This document shows, piece by piece, positions 55,472 through 64,000 of a DNA stretch of 64,000 nucleotides. Positions within the stretch are counted from its first letter, which is position 1. Each line of letters begins with the position of its first letter. This stretch comes from an uncultured Eubacteriales bacterium (lineage in GTDB: Bacteria > Bacillota > Clostridia > Christensenellales > UMGS416). Below the pieces are notes generated by a model, which did not search any database, was not told where the DNA came from, and saw only the letters and a program-made list of their open reading frames with translations. The stretch covers positions 6,099-70,098 of the forward strand of contig UQLW01000011.1 of assembly GCA_900542005.1 (NCBI GenBank). The letters run 5' to 3'. The position numbers and the translations under genes were made by a program.

Positions 55472-55545
55472 AATCCAACGCGGCGCGGGCGAAGGACGCC
55501 CGCCGCCGCATCCTCCTTCTTTCTTCGTATTGCTGTAGGTTTGGT

Positions 55546-57153
55546 TTAGATGGTATCGCCGTGACGGGTGTAGTTGGGCAGAAGCTTGGGCGAGACGGCA
55601 TCGCTGTGGATGCCGGCGGCATCGAGCTCGTCATGGAAACGCTGCACATGCTCCAGGGTGAGCTGGCCCACGGTAACATCCTTGGACTTGACGGCGGCGT
55701 TACGGCCGGCGTTACGGCCAAAGACGATGATATCCAGCAGGGAGTTGCCCATCAGGCGGTTGCGGCCATGAATGCCGCCAACGGCCTCGCCAGCCACAAA
55801 GAGATTCTCCACGGTGGTCGTCATGCAGTCGGGGGTGATGTCCAGGCCGCCGTTTTGATAGTGAAGCGTGGGATAGACGAGGATGGGCTCGTAGCGGATA
55901 TCGATGCCATACTTGGCAAACATGCGGTGCATGGCCGGAATACGGGCCATGATGGTACCTTCGCCGCCGATTTTCTCAATCATCGGGGTATCCAGCCACA
56001 CCGCACAGCCGCTGCCGGTATCCAGGCCCTTGCTGCGGCTGGTGCATTCGCGGATGATGGAGGCAGCCGCAACGTCCCGGGTTTCCAGCGGATGCATGAA
56101 GACCTCGCCTTCGGCGTTCACCAGCTTGGCGCCCAGAGAACGGACCTTCTCCGTAACCAGCGCGCCGAAGATCTGCTCAGGATAGGCGGCGCCGGTGGGA
56201 TGGTACTGCAGGGTATCGGCATAGAGCAGCTTGGCTCCCACCCGATAGCCCAGCACAAGGCCGTCGGCGGTGGCTCCATAGTGGTTGGAGGTCGGGAAGC
56301 CCTGATAATGCATCCGGCCAGCGCCGCCGGTGGCAATGATTACGGTCTTGGCCCGGGCGACAAGCAGCTCACGGGTTTCCATGTTCATCAGCACCGCGCC
56401 GGAGGCATTGCCCTTTTCGTCAAGGATGAGCTCGATGGCGGCGGTGAAATCGACCACCGGGATCCCACGGTTGAGCACCTCGTCCCGCAGCGTCCGCATG
56501 ATCTCGGCCCCGGAGTAGTCCTTGGCCGCGTGCATACGCTTGCGGGAGGTGCCGCCGCCATGGGTGGTGACCATGGTGCCATCGGGCGTTTTGTCGAACT
56601 CAACGCCCAGATCGTTCAGCCACTGGATGGCTTCCGGCGCCTCGGTGACGAGCTTATAGAGAAGATCTCGCTTGGCTGCGAAGTGGCCCCCGCCAAAGGC
56701 GTCAAGGAAATGGATGGCGGGGGAGTCGTTGGGCTTATCAGCAGCCTGGATACCGCCCTCGGCCATCATGGTATTGGCATCGCCAATGCGCAGCTTGGTC
56801 ACGATCATGACGTTGGCACCGGCGTTATCCGCCTCGATAGCCGCAGAGGAACCTGCGCCGCCGCCGCCGATCACCAGCACATCCACGTCATAATCCGGAT
56901 GGGCGAGGTCGATCTCATCGGGATTGATTCGGCTGCGGGCCTGAAGCATTTCCGCCAGCTCATGGGGCACCTGCTCGCCCTGGTTGGGGCCGACCTGCAG
57001 GGCTTCAAATTCCTCTTTCTTATAGTCGGGATGATAGGCGGCAAGCAGGTCTTCCTTTTCCTTTGCCGTCATACGGGCCGGCTCATAGGCAATGTTCGCC
57101 TCGCGGGCCGCCTCCACCCTGCGGAGGGACTCGGTAAATTTTTCGGAATACAT
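55546..57153 (-). CDS. Soluble fumarate reductase/succinate dehydrogenase/L-aspartate oxidase-superfamily flavoprotein
   Basis: 535 aa. FAD motif VLVIGGGGAGSSAA starts near residue 92. QYHPTG, EKVRSLG, TLHYQNGG and GRNRLMGNSLLD align with FrdA/SdhA active-site motifs. AGGAGG RBS. Confidence 0.8.
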   Translation of the reverse strand: MYSEKFTESLRRVEAAREANIAYEPARMTAKEKEDLLAAYHPDYKKEEFEALQVGPNQGEQVPHELAEMLQARSRINPDEIDLAHPDYDVDVLVIGGGGAGSSAAIEADNAGANVMIVTKLRIGDANTMMAEGGIQAADKPNDSPAIHFLDAFGGGHFAAKRDLLYKLVTEAPEAIQWLNDLGVEFDKTPDGTMVTTHGGGTSRKRMHAAKDYSGAEIMRTLRDEVLNRGIPVVDFTAAIELILDEKGNASGAVLMNMETRELLVARAKTVIIATGGAGRMHYQGFPTSNHYGATADGLVLGYRVGAKLLYADTLQYHPTGAAYPEQIFGALVTEKVRSLGAKLVNAEGEVFMHPLETRDVAAASIIRECTSRSKGLDTGSGCAVWLDTPMIEKIGGEGTIMARIPAMHRMFAKYGIDIRYEPILVYPTLHYQNGGLDITPDCMTTTVENLFVAGEAVGGIHGRNRLMGNSLLDIIVFGRNAGRNAAVKSKDVTVGQLTLEHVQRFHDELDAAGIHSDAVSPKLLPNYTRHGDTI

Positions 57154-57164
57154 AGAAGGCCTCC

Positions 57165-57839
57165 TTATTTCTCAATTTCGCGGTGGTTATAAAGCTCCTG
57201 CATTTCCTCCACCGGCTTGCCCATCAGCGCCTCGAGAAGCTCGGTAAAGGTACCGTCGTGGATCTCCTGCACACGGTCGGCCAGATGCTGGCTCTTGGGA
57301 GCCAGATACTTTCCGTTCAGGCGGCGCGCAAGCATGGCGACCTGGGGATGGGAGATGCCGGCGGGACACCGGGAGGAGCAGATGCCGCACATGACGCAGT
57401 CAAAGGAAGCCTCGGCGCATTTTTCATATTCGCCGCGCTGGGCATAGGCGATATACTGCATGACGTTCAGGCCCTGCGGGCAGACCTTGGTGCAGGCGTT
57501 GCAGCCGATACAGCTGTAGATTTCCGGATAAAGCTGCATCATAATCTGCTCGGTAGGGGCAACCTTCTCCATGTCGTACACCTGCTTGACCAGGGGGAAG
57601 AAGGGGAGGGTCGCCACATACATATTGTCCTCCACCTTGGTCTGGCAGGCCAGGCACGCCTTTAGCTCGCGGTCGCCCTTGATGCGGTAAATCGTGGCAC
57701 AGGCGCCGCAGAAGCCGTTCCGGCAGCCGCAGCCGCGGATCAGCTGGTAGCCGGCGTATTCCATCGCGCCCATGATCGTCAGGTTCGACGGGACGGAATA
57801 TTTCTTGCCCATCAGAAAGACATTCACCATATTTTCCAT
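57165..57839 (-). CDS. FrdB/SdhB-like iron-sulfur subunit (2Fe-2S plus two Cys4-type cluster motifs)
   Basis: About 224 aa from MENMVNV (AGAGAGGA RBS). CGCRNGFCGAC...C, CIGCNACTKVCP, CVMCGICSSRCP. Confidence 0.8.
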   Translation of the reverse strand: MENMVNVFLMGKKYSVPSNLTIMGAMEYAGYQLIRGCGCRNGFCGACATIYRIKGDRELKACLACQTKVEDNMYVATLPFFPLVKQVYDMEKVAPTEQIMMQLYPEIYSCIGCNACTKVCPQGLNVMQYIAYAQRGEYEKCAEASFDCVMCGICSSRCPAGISHPQVAMLARRLNGKYLAPKSQHLADRVQEIHDGTFTELLEALMGKPVEEMQELYNHREIEK

Positions 57840-57859
57840 CTTCAGATCCTCTCTTACGA

Positions 57860-58696
57860 TCAATATTCGTTGGGCAGCTCGTCAAGCTCGTCACAGCGGA
57901 AGACGGGCCCATCCTTGCAGACATACTTGGAGCCGATGTTGCACCGGCCGCACTTGCCGACGCCGCACTTCATCTTCAGCTCCATGGTGGTGAACACCTG
58001 GGTTTTATCGAAGCCCAGCTCCTGCAGAGAGGCCAGGGTGAACTTAATCATAATGGGCGGGCCGCAGAGCAGAACCGTCTTATCCACAGCGAAGCAAAGC
58101 TCCTTCACATAGCTGGGGACAAAGCCCACATGGCCGTCCCAGCCTTCCTGCTCGCGGTCGATGGTCAGGTATACGTTGACATTCTCCGCCGTGGACCATT
58201 CCTTGCGGATCTCCTCAATATCGACAAGATCATCGGCGGAACGGGCGCCATAGACGATGTCCACCTTGCCATAGTTATCGCGGTTGTGCAGCACATAGCG
58301 GATAACCGAGCGCAGCGGCGCCAGGCCAATGCCGCCGGCAATGAAGAGCAGGTCCTTCCCCTTCAGGTCCGTTTCCACGGGGAAGCCGTTGCCATAGGGG
58401 CCGCGGATGGTGATTTGCTGCCCCACATCCATCTGATGAAGCCAATCGGTCAGGCAGCCGCATTTTTTGATGCTGAATTCCATGTATTCCGTATCGGTAG
58501 GGGAGGAGGTGATGGAAAACATCGCCTCGCCTACGCCGGGTATGGACAGCATGGCACACTGGCCGGGGATATGCTTGAAGCATACGCCGCCCTCCAGCGC
58601 GTTGACCCGGAAGGTTTTGACGTCCGGCGTGTCCACCCGAACGTCGGTCACCACGCCCAGCTTCGGGATCAGCGTTTCGTTTTGCGCGCTATACAT
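57860..58696 (-). CDS. FAD/NAD(P)-binding oxidoreductase with C-terminal 2Fe-2S site (FlxA/AsrB/HydG-like)
   Basis: 278 aa. Ferredoxin-reductase-type FAD and NAD motifs (MFSITS, LLFIAGGIGLAPL). C-terminal CGVGKCGRC...C. Confidence 0.8.
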   Translation of the reverse strand: MYSAQNETLIPKLGVVTDVRVDTPDVKTFRVNALEGGVCFKHIPGQCAMLSIPGVGEAMFSITSSPTDTEYMEFSIKKCGCLTDWLHQMDVGQQITIRGPYGNGFPVETDLKGKDLLFIAGGIGLAPLRSVIRYVLHNRDNYGKVDIVYGARSADDLVDIEEIRKEWSTAENVNVYLTIDREQEGWDGHVGFVPSYVKELCFAVDKTVLLCGPPIMIKFTLASLQELGFDKTQVFTTMELKMKCGVGKCGRCNIGSKYVCKDGPVFRCDELDELPNEY

Positions 58697-59717
58697 CTTC
58701 TTTCACCCCCAAGGTCTTGATGACTTTGACAATATTCATGGAAATGGGGCACTTGTTCAGGCAGCGTCCGCAGCCTACGCAGGAATAAGCGCCATCGTTG
58801 TTGGCGGGGAAATAGACGAGCTTATGCATGAACCGCTGGCGGAAGCGCTCCAGCTGCGTGGTGCGCGGGTTGCCGTGGGCCATCTTGGTGAAGTCCGAGT
58901 ACATGCAGCTGTCCCAGCAGCGGAAGCGCTGAATCCCGTGACCGGTATCATAATCGCGGATATCGTAGCACTGGCAGGTGGGGCAGACAAAGGTGCAGGT
59001 ACCGCAGCCGATGCAGCTCTGGGAGAGCTCCTGCCACTTGGGCGAATCGAACAGCCGGGCGGTGGCCTCGCCGTCGAAGCCCTCCAGGCTCAAATCGTGC
59101 AGGGGGAGCTTCTCAAAGATCGCCTTAGCCTGGTCGAGGGCGGATGCAAGCTCGCCGTCCCCGGCGGGCTCAAAGAGCGCTGAAACCGCTTCCGTTAGGG
59201 CTGCGCCCTTATCCGTCAGGCTGTCCCAGTAGAGGAAGCCGCCGGTTTCCCAGGTAGCGATGTCGCCGGCAGGGTGCAGGGCATCGATGCCAAAGGCGCC
59301 GCAGAAGCAGCTTTCCTCCGGCTCGAAGCAGGCGCGGGTGATGACGGCGCCCTGCTCGCGGCGGGCGGCATAGTAGCTGTCCACGGGATCAGCCAGGAAC
59401 ACCCGGTCCAGGATATCGAAGCTGGCGGCGTCGCAGGCCCGTACGCCGAAGATGACGAAGGGCTGCGGCTCCGTGCGGGTATCCAGAATGGAAATCTGCT
59501 TGCCCTGGGTCTTAAAGGCCATCAGGTTTTCACTTTGAGGGAAGAAGAGATCCTTGGCGGATTTGACCGTGTTAAGGGCGTCAAGCCGCACCTTGGCTTC
59601 GGCAGACCAAAGGCCGTATTCCACCTGGCCGGCCTGCTCTACCGGCAGGTAGAGCGCACGTTCCCGGGAGAGGCCGGCAAAAAGCTCCGGCAGCCGTTCA
59701 ATGGCAAGCTTAAGCAT
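58689..59717 (-). CDS. 4Fe-4S dicluster protein, AsrA/HydB/FlxB-like
   Basis: About 342 aa from MLKLAIERL. CIGCGTCTFVCPTCQC and CVGCGRCLNKCP motifs. TAATG junction with the upstream gene. Confidence 0.75.
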   Translation of the reverse strand: MLKLAIERLPELFAGLSRERALYLPVEQAGQVEYGLWSAEAKVRLDALNTVKSAKDLFFPQSENLMAFKTQGKQISILDTRTEPQPFVIFGVRACDAASFDILDRVFLADPVDSYYAARREQGAVITRACFEPEESCFCGAFGIDALHPAGDIATWETGGFLYWDSLTDKGAALTEAVSALFEPAGDGELASALDQAKAIFEKLPLHDLSLEGFDGEATARLFDSPKWQELSQSCIGCGTCTFVCPTCQCYDIRDYDTGHGIQRFRCWDSCMYSDFTKMAHGNPRTTQLERFRQRFMHKLVYFPANNDGAYSCVGCGRCLNKCPISMNIVKVIKTLGVKEDV

Positions 59718-60703
59718 TATTTTCCCCCCTCCCTGTGCATGACGACGCTGGGTTCGACATCGTCGGTGGTGTAGTCGGTCAGCGGGCCCCGGGATTCGGT
59801 ATCGGCCCCGGCCTGATATTCCCCGTAGAATTCGTTGATATCCTTGATGAACTTGCGGTTGAGAAGGTGCAGCGGGATGTGCTGCGGGCATACCCTGGAG
59901 CATTCGCCGCAGTCGGTACAGCGCCCCGCCACATGGAAAGCCCGGATGATATGGAACATATTTTCTTCAAAGGTGTCGGTGTTGGCTTTGCTGGCTACGC
60001 CGGAGGCATCGTTGTCGAAGACGCACTTGACGCAGGAGCAGGCCGGGCACACATTGCGGCAGGCATTGCAGCGGATGCACTTGGAAAGCTCGCTACGCCA
60101 GAAGGAGAAACGCTCGTCGGGCGTCATTGCCTCCAGATCCTTGACCTGATCGAAGCGATCGGCCGGGGCTTCGGGCATGGGCTCGCCGGTGACGGCTAAA
60201 TCGTCATGGGTGGCAAACTCCTTGCTCTTGCAGCAGCGGCATTTTTCCAGCAGCACCTCGCTGCGGCCGATGGTCTTATCGCCATAGAGGGTATGGACGG
60301 TCAGCTGATCGCCATCCTCCTCGATGGACTCGATCCCCTTGGCGCCCAGCGCCCGGATCTTGTCAATATCCAGCATGCCGCGGCACTCCACGCCCAGCAC
60401 ATAGACGTTCTCCCGGCGTACGCGATGCTCCTTTACCAGCTGGTTCAGGCTGTAGGTATCGCAGGGCTTGAGCAGCGCCAGGATCCTGCCCTCCTTGGCC
60501 GATTGCTGGATAAGATACTTGCTCAGATTGCTTCCGCAGAAGCCGTCATAGACAAAATCTTCCAGATCGCCGGCCCCCTCGAAAACGGCCGGCGTGGGGT
60601 CGTAGAAGAACTCTCCGCGCTTCCAGCCGATCATCCGGTTACAGGTGCCGTCGGACAAAAGCTGCTTGGCCTTCTCGCTGATTATTCCAAAGATTCTTTG
60701 CAT
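59717..60703 (-). CDS. 4Fe-4S dicluster protein, FlxC-like
   Basis: 328 aa. CIRCNACRNVCPACSC and CTDCGECSRVCP motifs. Confidence 0.7.
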   Translation of the reverse strand: MQRIFGIISEKAKQLLSDGTCNRMIGWKRGEFFYDPTPAVFEGAGDLEDFVYDGFCGSNLSKYLIQQSAKEGRILALLKPCDTYSLNQLVKEHRVRRENVYVLGVECRGMLDIDKIRALGAKGIESIEEDGDQLTVHTLYGDKTIGRSEVLLEKCRCCKSKEFATHDDLAVTGEPMPEAPADRFDQVKDLEAMTPDERFSFWRSELSKCIRCNACRNVCPACSCVKCVFDNDASGVASKANTDTFEENMFHIIRAFHVAGRCTDCGECSRVCPQHIPLHLLNRKFIKDINEFYGEYQAGADTESRGPLTDYTTDDVEPSVVMHREGGK

Positions 60704-61137
60704 CTGAGATCCTCCAGCCTCTTATTTTCGCCGAGGGCCTGAATGGTTTGGGCGAATTCATTCATTGTCGTGGAGAATTTAACGCCCTCCGCGGCGGAGA
60801 TCCACTCCACGCGGGTACGCTCCCGCTCAATGCCCAGGTAGTCCAGCATACTAAACAGCAGCGTCATCCGGCGGCGGGCATAGTAGTTGCCCGTGGTATA
60901 GTGGCAGTCGCCAGGATGGCAGCCGGCGATGATGACGCCGTCGGCGCCCCGCTGAAAGGCGCGAAGCACAAAAAGCGGGTTTACCCGGCAGGAGCAGGGT
61001 ACGCGGATCACTTTAACCGTGGCGGGGTAGGAAAGGCGGCTGGTGCCGGCCAGATCCGCGCCCGCATAGCTGCACCAGTTGCAGCAAAAGGCGACGATCA
61101 GGGGCTTAAATTCTTTGTTTTGCGTTTCTAGCGACAT
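60682..61137 (-). CDS. MvhD/FlxD-like hydrogenase iron-sulfur (delta) subunit
   Basis: 151 aa. IVAFCCNWCSYAGADLAG and VPCSCRVNPLFVLRAFQRGADGVIIAGCHPGDCHY are the MvhD/FlpD signature. Confidence 0.88.
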   Translation of the reverse strand: MSLETQNKEFKPLIVAFCCNWCSYAGADLAGTSRLSYPATVKVIRVPCSCRVNPLFVLRAFQRGADGVIIAGCHPGDCHYTTGNYYARRRMTLLFSMLDYLGIERERTRVEWISAAEGVKFSTTMNEFAQTIQALGENKRLEDLRCKESLE

Positions 61138-63113
61138 ATCGCGTCCACCTCCGCCATGATCTGTTTGGTCGAGAAGCCCTTCAGGTCCATTGCGCCGGAG
61201 GGACAGGTTACCGTGCAGGCGCCGCAGCCCTGGCAGATGGCCGGATTGACCTGGGCCACACGGCGCACCTGCGTTTTACCGGCGATGCGGTACTCCTTCT
61301 CCACATAGCTGATGGCGCCATAGGGGCATACCTTTTCGCAGGCGGAGCAGCCGTTGCACAGCATCTCGTCGGAGCCGGCCACGCAGGGGTTGGACAGTAG
61401 CTTATCCTTGGACAACAGGCCGATCACCTTGCTGGCGGCGGCGGAGGCCTGGGCTACCGTCTCGGGGATATCCTTGGGGCCCTGGCACACGCCGGAGAGG
61501 AAGACGCCGGCGGTGGGGCTTTCCACCGGGCGAAGCTTGGGGTGGGCTTCGGTAAAGAAGTTATTGGTATCGATGCTGGCGGTCAGCATGGTGGCTAGGC
61601 CCTTGGCCGAAGGATCGGGCTCGATGGCGGCGGCCAGCACCACCATATCGGCGTCGATGACAATCTGCCGGTCAGCCAGCAGATCGGACCCCTGCACACG
61701 GAGCTTGCCGCCCTGGGGCGATACCTTGCCGACCATGCCCTTGATATAATCGACGTTGTATTCCTCCACCGCGCGGCGATAGAACTCGTCGAAGTTCTTG
61801 CCCGGCGTACGCACGTCAATATAGAAGACGTGCACGTTAACATCGGGATACTTTTCGCGTACCAGCATGGCGTGCTTAGCCGTATACATACAGCAGATCT
61901 TGGAGCAGTAGGGCTTGCCGCAGCCGGAGGTATCGCGGGAGCCGACGCACTGCACAAAGACGATCTCGTGGGGATGCGTGTTATCGGAGGGGCGCAGCAG
62001 CTGTCCCTTGGTGGGGCCGGCCGCGTTCATGATCCGCTCGAACTCCAGGCTGGTGACGACGTCGGGGCTCTGGGAATAGGCGAATTCATTGAAATTCTCC
62101 ATCGAAATGGGCTTAAAGCCTGTAGCTACCACGATCGCGCCGTACCGCTCTTCGACGATTTCATCCTTCTGGGTGAAGTCGATGGCCTTAGCCGAGCAGG
62201 TCTTTTCACACAGGCCGCATTTGCCGGTGCGGAACTTGATGCACTGCTCGCGGTCAATGACGGGCACGTTGGGGATGGCCTGGGCAAAGGGGATGTAGAT
62301 CGCCCCGCGGTTATTGAGGCCCATATTGAACTCGTCCTTGGCCTTGCGGGAAGGGCATTTCTTGGTACAGTCGCCGCAGCCGGTGCACAGGTCGGCGTTG
62401 ACGCTGCGGGCCTTTTTGCGGATGTTGACGGTAAAGTTCCCCACAAAGCCGGAGACAGATTCTACCTCGCTATAGGTATACAGATGAATCTTTTCATGGG
62501 CGGCGGCATCCACCATCTTGGGCGTCAGGATACAGGCCGCGCAGTCCAGGGTGGGGAAGGTTTTATCCAGCTGGGCCATCTTGCCGCCGATGGTGGGGGA
62601 TTTCTCCACGATGTCCACCTCATATCCGGCGTCGGCGATATCCAGGGCGGACTGGATGCCGGCGATGCCTCCGCCAATGACCAGGGCGCGCTTGACCACG
62701 CGGCTCTCCCCGGCGATCAGGGGCTGGTTCAGGTTCAGCTTGGCGATAGCCGTACGGGCCAGGATGATGGCCTTTTCCGTGGCCTCGGCCTTGTCCTTGT
62801 GGATCCATGAGCAGTGCTCGCGGATATTGGCGATTTCCACCATATAGGGGTTAAGCCCTGCGGCCTGCGCGGTTTTGCGGAAGGTGGCCTCATGCATACG
62901 GGGCGAGCAGGAGCACACCACTACGCCGGTCAGCCCATATTCCTTGATGGCGTTGCGGATGCGGGATTGACCGCCCTCTGAGCACATATATTGATAATCC
63001 GTAGCATAGACCACGCCAGGCTCGCTTTTGACGGCCTCGGCAACGGCGGCCACATCCACGGTCGCCGCGATATTGCTGCCGCACCAGCAAACAAAGACTC
63101 CGATTTTCTGCAC
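61128..63113 (-). CDS. hdrA: HdrA-like FAD- and FeS-containing heterodisulfide reductase subunit A
   Basis: 661 aa. VIGGGIAGIQSALDIADAG FAD motif, inserted and C-terminal ferredoxin motifs (CTGCGDCTKKCP, CNGCSACEKVCP, CQGCGACTVTCP), and an N-terminal Cys-rich domain. Confidence 0.9.
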   Translation of the reverse strand: MQKIGVFVCWCGSNIAATVDVAAVAEAVKSEPGVVYATDYQYMCSEGGQSRIRNAIKEYGLTGVVVCSCSPRMHEATFRKTAQAAGLNPYMVEIANIREHCSWIHKDKAEATEKAIILARTAIAKLNLNQPLIAGESRVVKRALVIGGGIAGIQSALDIADAGYEVDIVEKSPTIGGKMAQLDKTFPTLDCAACILTPKMVDAAAHEKIHLYTYSEVESVSGFVGNFTVNIRKKARSVNADLCTGCGDCTKKCPSRKAKDEFNMGLNNRGAIYIPFAQAIPNVPVIDREQCIKFRTGKCGLCEKTCSAKAIDFTQKDEIVEERYGAIVVATGFKPISMENFNEFAYSQSPDVVTSLEFERIMNAAGPTKGQLLRPSDNTHPHEIVFVQCVGSRDTSGCGKPYCSKICCMYTAKHAMLVREKYPDVNVHVFYIDVRTPGKNFDEFYRRAVEEYNVDYIKGMVGKVSPQGGKLRVQGSDLLADRQIVIDADMVVLAAAIEPDPSAKGLATMLTASIDTNNFFTEAHPKLRPVESPTAGVFLSGVCQGPKDIPETVAQASAAASKVIGLLSKDKLLSNPCVAGSDEMLCNGCSACEKVCPYGAISYVEKEYRIAGKTQVRRVAQVNPAICQGCGACTVTCPSGAMDLKGFSTKQIMAEVDAICR

Positions 63114-63139
63114 TTATTTCACTTCCATCCTTTTTGGCA

Positions 63140-63532
63140 TTATTTCTGGTACTTGCGCAGCGCGCTGGTGATCGCCTGCTGGGGAAGCTTGTCGTTGAGC
63201 AGGCCGGGGACGGCGTCAGGCTTCATATGGCTGGCGCCCTGCTGGCGGATGACCGCCACGCGAACCGCCTCGATAAGGCGGGCCGGCTCGACGCTGCGGG
63301 GGCAGCGCTCCACGCAAGCGAAGCAGGAGAGACAGTTCCACAGGCTTTTAGAGGCCATAAGGGCCTCGATATCGCCGCTTTCCACCATGGAGACAAACTT
63401 GTGGGGATGGATATCCATCTCATCGAAGGCCGGGCAGGCGCCGGAGCACTTGCCGCACTTCATGCATTTGCGGGTATTGACCCCGCTGATCCGGCGGATG
63501 GTTTCAGCCAGCTCTTGATCGGTTCCGTGCAC
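63140..63532 (-). CDS. hdrC: HdrC-like 4Fe-4S dicluster subunit
   Basis: 130 aa. CMKCGKCSGACP and CLSCFACVERCP. Confidence 0.8.
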   Translation of the reverse strand: MHGTDQELAETIRRISGVNTRKCMKCGKCSGACPAFDEMDIHPHKFVSMVESGDIEALMASKSLWNCLSCFACVERCPRSVEPARLIEAVRVAVIRQQGASHMKPDAVPGLLNDKLPQQAITSALRKYQK

Positions 63533-63548
63533 AGCAAATCCTCCTTTC

Positions 63549-64000
63549 CTATTTCACGCCCAGGGCCTCGGCCAGAAGCTCGGTAAAGTAATGGACCGGC
63601 AGCTTCTCTGCGGTGGCGTTGGCGTCGAGATTATACATGCAAAGCGGACAGGCGGTGATGAGGGCCTCCGCACCGGCATCCCTGGCCGACGCCATGATGG
63701 CGTTACATTTTTTCTGGACCAGGCCGTTGTTCTCCAGGGTGACGTAGCCGCCGCAGCATTCGTTACGGTAGGCATAGATCACAGGCTCAGCGCCCAGGGC
63801 CCGGATGAAATCCTCCATGATGGAGGGGTTTTCCGGATTGTCAAAGCCGAGCTCCTTGCTGGGGCGCAGCAGCAGGCAGCCATAATAGGCAGCGATCCTG
63901 CGGCCCTTCAGGGGATTGGCCACCTTCTTTTTTAGCCCGTCAAAGCCGACCACATCCCGCAGAAGCTCCAGATAATGGAGCACGCGCGTTTCGCCGGCAT
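63549..64000 (-). CDS. hdrB: HdrB-like CCG-domain subunit, 5-prime end outside the window
   Basis: The reading frame is open to the window edge. YYGCLLLRP, NECCGG and ACPLCMYNLD are CCG-domain motifs. Confidence 0.85.
   Translation of the reverse strand, partial: AGETRVLHYLELLRDVVGFDGLKKKVANPLKGRRIAAYYGCLLLRPSKELGFDNPENPSIMEDFIRALGAEPVIYAYRNECCGGYVTLENNGLVQKKCNAIMASARDAGAEALITACPLCMYNLDANATAEKLPVHYFTELLAEALGVK

Noticed and set aside
54190-57200. Search for a Rex operator (TTGTGAA-N-TTCACAA-like) inside the visible part of the redox operon.
   Set aside because: Only an isolated TTTGTGAC half-site inside the rex coding region was seen. Any real operator is presumably upstream of hdrB, beyond position 64000.

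Overview
The window looks like one contiguous stretch of chromosome from a GC-rich, spore-forming Clostridia-type Firmicute. The evidence is spoVT with a forespore-type promoter, a T-box leader, rex, and the miaB-ricA-mutS-mutL-miaA and ylxM-ffh-rpsP-rimM-trmD-rplS syntenies. An Oscillospiraceae-like origin is only an inference. I support about 60 protein genes, and saw no rRNA, tRNA, CRISPR array, transposase or integrase. Most of the content is housekeeping: enolase, SRP and ribosome genes, trpS, tgt, yajC, and mismatch repair. Accessory modules are interspersed: a flavodiiron protein, a two-gene minimal suf operon, ktrBA plus kdpDE, a psicose-epimerase/polyol-dehydrogenase pair, a DUF2975-HTH-membrane triad, a heterodimeric ABC exporter, an MFS-MATE-kinase operon, an ArsR/HMA/P-type ATPase metal module, and a PAS-GGDEF protein. 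The best candidate for a new system is the minus-strand operon at 54261-64000. It joins HdrABC-like and FlxABCD-like electron-bifurcation genes directly to a soluble Frd/Sdh-like flavoprotein and FeS pair, a small PQ-loop-like membrane protein, Rex and a 2Fe-2S ferredoxin. Secondary leads are a GTTAG-N6-CTAAY element at the same offset in two unrelated promoters, a five-copy TTGCAT array upstream of aspB, a ProB-like kinase co-operonic with two efflux pumps, and an unannotated 35-aa membrane peptide gene. Everything rests on reading the sequence and translations by eye. No searches were run. Many long antisense ORFs in the track were treated as high-GC artefacts.
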